Under the pieces are notes generated by a model, which was not told where the DNA came from, did not search any database, and saw only the letters and a list, made by a program, of their open reading frames with translations. Source: Catajapyx aquilonaris (lineage: Eukaryota). From it: a stretch of DNA of 36,172 nucleotides. A program made the translations under genes and the position numbers. The stretch lies in assembly GCA_000934665.2 (NCBI GenBank), contig JYFJ02003940.1:1-36172 (forward strand), read 5' to 3'. The stretch's first letter is position 1. Each line of letters opens with the position of its first letter. This document shows positions 10,301 through 22,300 of this stretch, piece by piece.

Positions 10301-13300
10301 TGGGGTTTTTCGGGGGGTTCAATCATAGCCATGCCACCTGGTACAGATGACCCACCATACATTGCAATTTTATCCTCAAGTCATGAAAAGCCTCCAAGCT
10401 ACGAGGGTCAGTCAATGAATTCTTGGCCTGACATAGATGGGGTTGACGTATAAGGACATGTTTTCAGTAAAATGTAGTGGCACTCTATAGAACATCACTC
10501 TAAAAGTTTCATTCTGATTGCATCATTCCAATGGGAGTCTTCTGATGATGGAGAAGATCGAGGCTTGTGCACTGATCAAATTCCTTCCCAGGAAGGGGAT
10601 GGGCCCCAAGGACATTCATGAAGAAATGGTAAAGCGAGTTGGATACGATGCTCCATCCTACAGTACGGTCAAAGAGTGGGCACGGGAGTCCAAGGTGGGT
10701 CAGCAGAGCCTGAAAGATGACCCCCACCCAGGCAGCCCAGCAACAGTCAACACTCAGAAGACTGTGGATCGTATCCACAATATTGTGATGGATGACCGTC
10801 GACCAACCATCGACCAGATAGCCATGGAAATGGGCATCTTACACAGTAGTGCGCATTCCATCCTGAACCTAGGGGCTGCACAAACTGGCAGCCCGATGGG
10901 TACCCGGAAACTTGACACCTGATCTCACGTTCCAGCATCATTGGAGGTGGATCAGCGGAATCCTGATGCTTTCTTGGGTCGCTATGTTACACAAGATGAA
11001 ACGTGGCTTCACCAACATTCCCAGAAACAAAACAGCAGAGTAATGAGTTGCGACACATCAGAACCCCAACCCCTCGAAAGTTCCGTGTCTTCCCATAGTA
11101 GTGAAGGTGATGGCTCCATTTTCTGGGACTCTGCTGGTGGACGTTCAGGAATATGGGCACACAGTAACAGGGGACCACTATGCCAACCTCCTCCACTGAC
11201 TACGCGATGCCATAAAAAAAAGAGATGTGGAAAACTGAACTGAGGTGTGCTGCTCTATCAGCCCACACCTCACGTATCGCACTGGTTTCTGCTGACAATT
11301 ATTGTTGCTTCTAACTGCTCCCCCAGTCCGAGGATTTGCCAGATTTGGCTCCATCTGATTACCACCTGTTCCCAAAGATAAAGGAAAGTCTGCATGGGAC
11401 TCGTTTTGCCAATGATAGTGAGGTGGTCAGTGCCATGCATGAGTGGTTGGGTGGGGTGGGAAAATAATATTTTATTAGCCGGAAATCCCGAGGTCGGAGC
11501 ACAGATGGGAGAAGTGCATTAGTGTTAGGGGGGCCATGTTGAGAAGTCACAATAAATTGGTAACCATGAAAAAAAGTCTCTCTCTTCGAGGGCGAGAATA
11601 CATTAGGGTCATTCCCACGTGCCACAAAATCTCGATCTTGAACCACGTTTCTGAGGCGCACAATCAGGATCGTTTGGTGACTGTTTCCACGGGCCACGTA
11701 CTTTTTGTGATTTTCGGTGGAGTGGTCTGGAACCACGCCCATCCGCCTGGCGAAAAAATGACACTCGCTTCGGCTCCCGGACAAAGGCATGGGTGACTCT
11801 ACGATAGGCCTGGCTGTAATAGCATGGAGGCATGCTATCTACGTTATTACACAGGTCCTGGCTGCCCGCAGAGCGTGGGGGCAGACGGGGCCAAGCAGAG
11901 AGCCGCCATGTTGCTCGGCTAAGAGCTGGTCCGGAGGGGGGAGTGACGTCAAGAACGTGACTCGGAACCTGGCAGTCAACTTCTGCAAGTTGGCTGCCAC
12001 AGTCACCTTCGTAAACACGTTCGGGTGGAGGAAGGGCATGTGGGAACACCCCAATTGCGTTTTTCGGGGGTAAGGATCAGGATCCCTGTGGCACGTGGGA
12101 ATGACCCTATTGACTGACCCTTTAAGACTTAAGCAAATCTCAATTTCAACTGCATCCCTAGGGAAACAAAAGTGTAATTTTTGTTTTGTTTTTCTGATGA
12201 AATACTTGTGAGAGCCCCACCACTTTCAGTGGCTTCTTAACAAGGTCAGCCATCGAAGGTGTGTCAGGCACCTTACAATTCGGACAAGGGAAATCAAATA
12301 CAGTATATGGAATAGAGGATAGTTCTAGAGGCACAACACATTCCTTTAACAATGACACCAATTTTTAAAATATACCTGTAAGCGTTTAGTAGACTGACTC
12401 TCTGGATCTGCTTTGACCTTGCAAGCAACCAAGAGTTGGGCAGTGGATGAGGCAACTTGTTTGGCAGAAGAGATCAGCTTTTCCTCAGTGGAATGACCCT
12501 GGACCAGAGCATTTGCTGCTTCAACCAGGCTGTGTGTGGCAGCAGCCACCAGACGAGCAGCAGACACCAGTCCTTCTGACCACTGACCATCATCCGAGTT
12601 GGTCTGTGGCTGTCGACTTACCTGGAGTAAAAGTGCATGTAAGTACCATGCAGGCTGCCACCTTACCTGACTGCAGTGAAATTCACTCACCCTTCCAGTG
12701 TCAATTAATTCACGTTGGGCAGCTGAAGCTGCCTTGACTAAGGCAGAAGTGGCTGCTGCAATGGACTTGGCAGCTTCCAGAATCATTTCATCAAAGTTGA
12801 GGTCCTCATCTGCTTCCTAATGCAAAAAGGAGAGTGATCAGCACACGCGAAACACAGTTAGCTTTAGTCTAACCTACTCATACCTGTGTCCACATTGTTA
12901 TGACGAGAATGCTCACCTCGCTGTAATAATATGTTTGATTCCTGGTTGGTTTTTATGACAACCAAGAATATCAAACATATCTTACAGCAAGATGAAGAAC
13001 CGTTGTAACCAGAATTAACAGAATTGAAACTTTGGGTTTGAAGACATCGAAGTAACAGTACATACCTTGACCGATCTCCTTGGTCGCAACTTCTCTAATT
13101 TCTTAGCAGCTGCATCAATTGATGATGCAGCACCAAGCAACTCATTCTCAGCAATGACAGTTGGGTCTTCAGGATCCACCCAATCACCACCTGCAATTAC
13201 CAATCTGAATGAGCACCCATTGCTTACCATCTGCTGCAAATGGTGACATATACATGCTCACAACACACACTACAGGTTAATACACAGGTAGGAGGCAAGA

Positions 13301-16300
13301 AGCCAATGCCCAATGGAGGCATTGGCCAGAGAAGTGACATGCACAGACAACAGTCTGCTCTATTCAGTTATGACAATAATTTAACATAATACATATTATA
13401 CTAACACTTTTTAATCAAATTTTCAACGCTTAGGTCATTCTCGTAAAGGATGCATTTCTCATAGAATTATATCTCAGCAAATAGTTGGAAGGTTGGAGAA
13501 ACTGGGAACAAAACTGAATGTTGACAAGGTATTTTCCTAGTTACGAGGGCTGTACTAAAATGATTTCCACTTAATTTTTTTGCCACAAATACAGGACCCT
13601 TGCAGGTTGGAAGATAGGTACACATTATCAAGAGAACCCTCCTGGAGCCGAATGCACTGGCATCATAGGTATGTCAACCTCTCCAGGCCCTCCAGGAACC
13701 ACCTTTTGGGGGGTGGTGCAGCGCACCCACTCTCAGACAACTGCTCACAGTCAACAATTGTCAACAATGTCCACAAAATGGCATCAGCAAAGGTTTTTTT
13801 TCCATGTACCTGGGTTTGGGTGCTTCCACACCCCCATTACTCTCCCCTCCTGGCCCCCAGTGACTTCCACCTGTTCGGATCCATGAAAAAACCCCTCCAC
13901 CAATGCCATTTCGAGGACATTGTTGAACAGGAAGCAGTTGTCCGGGCGTGGGTGTGCTGCACCTCCAAAACTTGGTTGCTGGAGGGCCTGGAGAGGTTGA
14001 CATACCTATGTCAGTGCATTTGGCTCAAGGAGGGTTCTATCGATAATGTGTGCCGACATGAAAGGGCCCTGTAGTTGTGGTAAAAAAATAAACTGTAAAT
14101 CATTTTAGTACGGCCCTTGTACCAGCAGAGCATGATTACATGACTTTTAAAAATTCCTTGGTTGACATTAGGCTCCAAGAAACATTTCAGGTAACTCCTA
14201 TGAGGATCCCCAGAATAATAGTGCCCAAAGATCCTTTATCATCAGCACACAAAGAGCAATGCATCACATTAAGAGGATGGGTTTAGAATATGAACCTCAT
14301 TTGGATCAGCACTGTCAGTGTAGGAATGCCTGCCTGTACAGCATAAACCACTGCCCTTTTCCACCATTAAAACTGACTTGCAAAATGTAGGACTTCAAAA
14401 GAGTGGATGACAATGGAATTATCTTAAAATGCAGAAAAACCATCAATCCATCATTCATAATAAAATAACGCACAGGTACACTTCCACTGCCATTCAGCAA
14501 GAAGGTTGCTGCTCCATAACCACTTGGTAGGATCAATACAGGACATTTGACGCCTCACTAATAATCAAGTTCTAAAATAATTCACAATCATGGGGAAAGA
14601 GAGACAGGCATTATCTCTCCTGCCCTATGCTCATCAATCTATCAAGTTAATCTCCAAAAATGCTGTATGCCTCAGTGTGGATTGAATGTAGGGCGGTCGC
14701 ATGGATCAAGAGAACAAAGCATCAAAAAAACTAATCTTCAAAACATATGCACCAGGTATTTTTACATATTGTAAGCCCTTAACATCTCAAGACACTGCTT
14801 TCTGAGTGAGGTGAGAAAACTGATAATACACAGAGTAATCCTGTTCACCAGTACCAAAACTACAAAGAAGAACCAGAACAAGTAAAGCATCCCAGAGAAA
14901 GAAATGATGCGCAGCACCTGCAAGAAAACCATTGATGCACCAGTGCTCATGCTCACAAATACAGAAATGGACAAGGAGGAGAGAAAGGATGCGGTGTGTA
15001 CAACTCACCCTGCCCTACTGGATATCCTGGCATGACCTTCTGCTCGCCTTGCCTGCTCGCTGCGACAAGGGAGGGCACAAGGTTGGTTGGCATGTAAGGG
15101 GGAGGGAGGAACCACCTACTGTGCTCATTTTCAGGGGACACACAACTTTTAAACAACATTCACCAAGCATTTGCTTCACGTGACCACTAAAGACCCTTTC
15201 GCACTATGCAATTGTTTCCTTAAACATGGATCAATGATGTCAATAACATCACATGCCATGCATTCAGCTGCATGTAACTGCATATGGTTGTAACATCCTT
15301 TACACCCTGCATTTGGTCACCTGAGTGAACATATAGTGTGAAAGGGCTTTCAAAGGAAATTGGTTCCATCCAAAAAATATCTGGACACAAGACCTGCCTT
15401 GGTGCAGTGATACATTCAAATATGTAGCTGCCATTGCAATTTCAGCACCCTTCAGCATGGCAAGTGGTGCAAAAGTATAAGCAAAACCACATACAATACT
15501 AGGTAAGTCACAAGCAATTATGTACAGTGACATAACAGGAATGTTCAAACAATTGATTCAGAAAGCTTCAAAATCAATACCATTGTAAGATGCACTCATT
15601 TATGGTACATACAAATGAGGTCACGAGGCATATGATTTCAAAGCGAAATGAACCAAAAGTGAGCTATGTCTAGGTGCTCTGTGATAAAAACAACCAAATT
15701 ATAATGACACATTGCCCTACTTCAAACATAGCACTGACCTTTAAGAATCTCTGCAGAAGACACCAGTTCCGTCACACACTGAGCAATCTTGCGAGATATG
15801 GTGGACAGCATCTGTTTTGATTCATTTGTTGGTCGGTTCAGAATATGCATCACCATCTGCAGCAATTCCCGGTATTGAACTGCAGTGTCGTGGCCTGATT
15901 GTAGAGTACGGTTGCACATATCTGCAGTTTCTGCACTGTATGCAGCAGCCTAGAGGGTGAATAAGTCATGTCAAGCATCAAATCACACTCTTTATTGGGA
16001 AATTATTCCCTTCATAAAGGCTACTTGGGTGCTTTTTGGCCCAGTATTAACACTTAATGATAGAGCCTTGAAAAACATGCCTGCTTGGCCAGCCATTATG
16101 AATACACTTAAGATACCTTTTCTGTGCCAGAAACCTTGGTACTTTTTCACTGCTGACCAACTGATATGGGAAGGGCACTAGTGATCAAGCAGATTTTCTT
16201 GAAACTGGTCTCATTCAATAGAGAATACTGTATTATTACAAGAAAAAAAGTCCATGTGAACTATATTCAAATGGGTCTCGGTTTGAGCATTTCAAGTTCT

Positions 16301-19300
16301 GGGCAGGGGTTTCATTAGCATACATGTTAAGTCCATATGGTCAAATCGATGTATAACATGTCTTGGCTGGGTGGGCTAGTCAGGCCGTTTGGGTCACTCA
16401 GGCCCCATATAATGAGACCAGTTCAAGAAAATCAGGCTTGATCAGCTGGCGCCATTTCCTCATGGATATATCAGGCTGGACATTGCCCCACATCCTAAAT
16501 CTAGAGCATATTTAAAAAAACTTTTACTTCACTGAGTCGCACTTTTGACTGACCTAACTTACTGATATCACTGTAGATTCTCCTATTTAATGCAAAATTC
16601 CATTACCAAGAACCCTAATTACACTTTCCCAAAATCATAAACATGTCACATTCTGCAAATGCTGGATCCTAATATATGTAATATGAAGATCTCTCACCCA
16701 CCCACAAGTTGGCCAAGCCCAACAGGTTTCATCTAACAAAATAAACCCAGCCTGATGTTAAAAGGAAAAAAAAAAAACATACACAAAAATATCAAAATTA
16801 CTACTTTTTTTCTTTGAAACCATGTTCTTGACAGTTACTTTACTATCCATACCTTGCAAACAGTCAGCATGTCTGAAACAGCTTTCCTACCCATGTTGGC
16901 TGCCACAATGACATCATCTTGCTTACAGCTATTCCCTGCAGCCACAGCTTTAGCAGTGGCCAATGTAATGGGTTTGGTTGAGCGAACAAGTTCTTCAGCG
17001 CCTGCTTTTGACTTAGGCTTCTCACTCGAGTTGAATGCCTGTTGAATAATATATTCATAAGATTTCTATCACCTCCGAGAAACATATGATGGCCACATAC
17101 CCTTATCTCCTGGGCAATTGCTTCAATGGTGGATTCCAGTGCCCGAGTTCCACGAGTGTGCTCATCTTCCACGGCCTTCACAGTCTTCAGCAAGGATGTC
17201 ACGTTGGTAACCATTACCTGTCAAGAGAAACAGCCAGGTCATCATTCTGTCCCACATACAAAAGCCAAATTAGGAAATGTGCAACCTTGGAGAATGATGC
17301 AATAAAGCATGGCATTTCTTTCCTAAGTGACCAAGGACTGATACACAATGGCAAAATATGGCCTGACAACACTTTTAAAGTTCAGGGTGCAGCCCATGGT
17401 GCAATAGCAGCCACAAAAGAGTCAGTGGCATAAGAGATTAGTACTAAAGTCCACTCCTAGAAGTGTGTCTCAAGCCAACAAATGTTGTTCAGCATTGGTG
17501 TCTCTTTTGTTATGTACATTTGACACTTGCTTTGAATGCATGAACCCTCCTGTTACCATTGCATGGAACTTGTTTGACATAGACAAGCAGGTATTAGTTT
17601 ATAGCAGCACACTTACACTAGCACAAACACACATGTATGACAATCACACCAACATTCCAACAGACACTAAAGTAAGCAGGCATCTTACCAAACCCTTACC
17701 TCATTTTGATGATCTCAGTATTATCACTTGGTAGTCACTATTATTACATGTCACAAAAGATTGGTACTGAATGGTTTTTATTCATAGCTACAAGAGGCCA
17801 AAACCATCTAGGCACAAGTGCACTTGGGAAAAATGCCATGCAGTCTTTTGATTACATAGTAGGAAATGTACAAAATACAACAATGGCACCATGAACACCA
17901 ACAATAATAAGTTGCATTTTGCCATCTGTAAAATCTGGATCACCGAGCTGCATACCATCGCTTCACCTGACTTGCAATAAAATATCATAATAATAATAAT
18001 AAAATTCAGAGAAATGCTAGTAGAATATGTGATCTTCCACAGTAATGGATATAATAATTATTGCACCACAGGTTAGAACCAAAGAGCCTTATTGCTAGCT
18101 TCTTATCCAAGTTGTTGTGAAACAATGGATAATGCTAGGTTAGGACCTGATTCTTGAATAAGCCAAACTAATGCCACCAAGCAACAACTCAAAAAAAGTC
18201 CTCTTAGATGGATTCGACAGGAAGCAGCTGTATGTCACTCGTGCGACTAAAAGTTTCGGTTTGGTTGAGATTCTCCACACTTAGAAGACGAATTAACTCC
18301 TCTTCCTGGTCAGACATGAGCCAATCGGGCGGCTCTGTGTCAGACACATAGTCCACCTGGTGGCAAAAAACAAAGATTAAAGCTACCAACTCTCTCATTC
18401 GTACCTCTCGCCAGATGTTAGTGACCATACACTACTTGAGACGTGCTGCGACAGAAAACAGGGGAAGAACCTAGGAGATGGATGCTACGAACGAGAGAGG
18501 TGGACTTTAATCTTTGTCCGTCGCACCATACCCCACTTCTTGATTTCTCCCCAACAATGGTTGGCAACGTATGATACAAGCGGCACACACGCTGGTTAAA
18601 CGTTTTGCTGCGGTCTGCTTCTATCAAGGATTAAAGTCCACCACCAAATACATGGTTGAACATGCACTGGTAATGAGGTGGGTCCAGGCTCCTTGTGAGA
18701 TTGACAGCGATGTGACAGCATGTTGTAATGCATATAAAGTATATCACAAGATATACCAATGATAACCAAACTACATGTAATGCAGCTCAGTGTTGCAATG
18801 CAAGTGCACTTTAAGGTGTGAGACATGGTCATTGCCGTCACATTGCTACTAGAACTGCATCATTTACTCCCATTCAACCATTCAAAGCAACATTAGCAAG
18901 TGAGTATCAGATGGATTCAAGATGTGTTTTGCCTGCATTAGCAAGCAAACTCACCTTTGCAGATTCTTTCAGATGCAGCATGGCGGGATCGTTTATGTTC
19001 TTTCCTGAGGCTGCTTTGGTGGCTTGGATCAGATCTCCCAGAGCAGATGCTACATCTTTCACAGCATTGATTAGCATTACCTGCAAGGGTTTCAGTTACA
19101 ATCTGGGCAATGGCAGGAGATGCTAAAAATACTAACCTGGGCTTCTGGATTGTTTGCACCTAGTGATGCTGCACCTAATTTGACAACTTCTGAAAGCTGA
19201 ACGATGGTGGCCACGGCATTTTGGGCAGCCACTGCCAACTGCTCTTGTGAAGATGCAGCCCCTGCAGAATTTCATATTAGTGCTCTTACTTGCTCCTGAA

Positions 19301-22300
19301 ACAACGTCATGCACATACCTGCCACCAAAGTCTTGGTGTCTTCCACCAATGCTTTGGCTGTTTTCAAGATGTGTTCACGATGATCAGCAAAAGTCTCATC
19401 TTCAGTTTCAGCATGTAATGTGCCTGCAGTGGCAAACATGATAGTTGTGTCTAGGTCTCCAATGATGCCCGAAACTGTGCTTGCAGCATTGATGCAGGCT
19501 TGTGTTCCCCGTGAACCAGCTTGCAGAGCAGCTAGCACCTGCGACACCTACAATAAAGCATAAAAAATTCAGTATGTCATAAATTGTTCTGCATCATCAC
19601 AAAGTACCTTTTCTGAAGTCTGGCGTGCACTGTCAGCAACATCCCTCTGAGTGTACACATCACCTGGACTCAACTGGCATGCACCACCTGCCTTCACTAA
19701 ATCCACGCATGACTGCCCTAACTCACGGACAGTAGACCGAATTCGAGTGGATACTTCAGGAGTGGAAGTGGCAGCGGCTGCTGCACCTTGTGCATCTCGA
19801 GCCAATTGGTTATACTGGTGACTCAGGTCAGCAGCCAGGCTGCCTAACTGACTCACTTCAAGAGTGGATTTTGCAACCTAAAAATCAACAGGTCATTACA
19901 GGTCCACAGAATGCTTATTCACACAAGACAATATTTTATCAGACATATATTTTGGCCCTTAACCCAACACAAAAAATTGACCACCATAAAATCATGAGCC
20001 AAATAATAAATTTTGTGCTGTGTCAATGGTGCACATGAAGAGTGGCTTGTTACTAACCATGTCCTGTGCAATGCGGGCTATCTCCTTAGCAGCATTGACC
20101 ATTCGAGTCTGGTAGTCAACAAAGCTGCTCTCACTAGTTATGATAGTTGTGTGAGAGTCCACTGTCACCATTGATTTTGTGATTGATTCAACGAGTCCGG
20201 TCACAACACCTGCTTCAGTGGCCAAATGCTCCAGCGTGCCAATAAGGTCCTGAAGGGCATCCTTCATGGCATCTGCAGCTTCATCAATATCCCCATGTAT
20301 ATGGCTTGCCTGCAACATATCAGCCTCATGAAATGCACCCTCAAGGAAATGATTCAAATTATACCTTTGGATTTCCACCTCCTTCCTTTGAAGCATACAC
20401 CAACTGTAGAGCACACTCAGATATGGTCTTGGTCTGGTCAATCAGTAACATCTGTTGCTTGGAGTTCAGCATGTTGGATGAAGCACCAATAGCACCTGAC
20501 ACCAGTGGCTCAAAGTAACTAGCCATTTGGCTGATCTGAAATCAACAGAAGTCTTAGAATGTGCAATTCTACCAGCATACTTTTGAATAAACTTACAGCA
20601 TGTCCTAATTTTTCTGCTTCACCCTTGGCAGCAGTCCGAACCTGGTCCACTTTGTCAGCAATCTCAATGGCTGAATTTTCCATTTGCTCACTGAAGCCCT
20701 GAAGAGTGTTATTACGCCTAGGTGTCAAGTTTTGTGATATGGCTGCTAATGATGCTTGATCCAAGTCACGAATAGCACCACTCAACTTTTCAATGCTCTG
20801 ATCACATTCTTTTTGTCCTGGAGCCTTATCCCTGTGAAATAACAACAATAATAATGTATTTGGTAGGCTTAAGAGTGTTGTTGTTGTTGTTGTTGTTATC
20901 ATGATTATCCTTTTGCTGTGGAATTGTTCAGCCAATTGCAAAGTGCATGAAAAGTTTTAAACATTTATGTACCTGATTGATGCAACCAGCCTTTTGATGG
21001 AATCTGAAACATTCTTGCTGTGATTAGCCAGCATTTGCCATGTTGGTGGATCCTTTGGATTCACTGCCAGAGATTTGGCAGCTTGAATCATGGAACAAGA
21101 TCCATCAATTATGGCTTTTCCAGATGATGTTATTGGCTCCTGAGCCAGATGAGCCTTGGCAGAGATTTTGGCAGGGATGGAGGCAAATTCAGCTGAGTTG
21201 GCAAAAGCGCATAGGTTCTCAACAGCATCAATGAGTGGTCTAGTAGCAACAGCACAGTTCTCTCGGTTCTGATCACTGTAAGTCTGATCCAAAGCTGAAA
21301 TCATATCATCATTTAGGCAAGTTTTAAAACACCTATAGTTTTCAAGTATGATTATTACTAACCTTTGATCTCCTTCACTAAGTCAGCTGTGGCATTGGCA
21401 ACTTCTTTAGCTGATTGGACAAAGTGGCGTTTGGCAACTGGATTGGTTGTCTTGGAGGAGGCAACACGACATGCATTGCAGAGAGCACTGGTATGCTTTG
21501 CAATCACAGTTGCAGCAGATAACACCTGCTGTTGGTTGCTGGCTGGGTTTGTCAAGCTCTGACACGCCATCTGAATGGCCTGTGAAGCCCGAGCAAACTG
21601 GGCTTGGTCCACCAAACCAGGCCGACCTGCACTGCTTGATGCATCAGACACTCCAACTAGATAGGCAGCCTGTGCAGCTGCTTCTACCAAGCCACATATG
21701 GCATCTGATATTCCCTTCACCGCTTCACTGAACTGTTCATGCTCAGACTTTTTAGCATGATTGGCAATGCCAGTCATACCATCACCCAATTTTTTTGATT
21801 TCTCCATCACTATATCAAGACATTCAAAATATGAAGCATCATTGACTGGATCCACTGGATTATCCAGCAGTGGCCTCATTGATTGGATATTGCGAATGGC
21901 ATTGTCACACTCTTTTTGGCCTGGTGCAACTGATGTACACACGTCAATCAGGTGGTTGATGCTATCTGTCACAGATCTGTAAAATACAACTGAATTACAT
22001 TGCAGTCCTTAAAAAAACCCAATGTATTTACTAACCTAGCAGCAGTTGCTAACTGGTTCTTAGCATTGGGTGCAGATGGGTCAGCAGCTACAGATTTAGC
22101 TGTAACCAGTAGATGGGATGACACCAGCGATACATTCTTCAAAGACACTACCATTTGTCCTTGCACTTCAACATCCTGTGTAAAAGGTATAGTAAGAAAA
22201 ATGGAACTCCTACTATTAGTAAGTGAAACCATACCCGGGTCTGGCCAGCAATCTGCATGCCAACACCCAGAAGATCTCCAAAGGCATGGCTAAACTTCTT

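Larger units (their letters stand above)
10402..12122 (+). mobile_element. Decayed mariner transposon (right TIR interrupted by a nested MITE)
   Basis: TA|CGAGGGTCAGTCAATG left TIR; ATTGACTGACCCTT|TA right end; internal transposase relic. Confidence 0.9.

Noticed and set aside
11359..12073. Overlapping 143/146-aa ORFs
   Set aside because: They fall in the GC-rich MITE or antisense to the mariner relic; no recognisable domains.
14200..15600. Possible TE or hidden exon in the 2.5-kb intron
   Set aside because: No termini, motifs or needed talin sequence identified; the flanking talin exons join seamlessly.
21040..22293. Plus-strand ORFs suggesting an antisense gene
   Set aside because: Shadow frames of Ala-rich talin exons; no independent gene signals.
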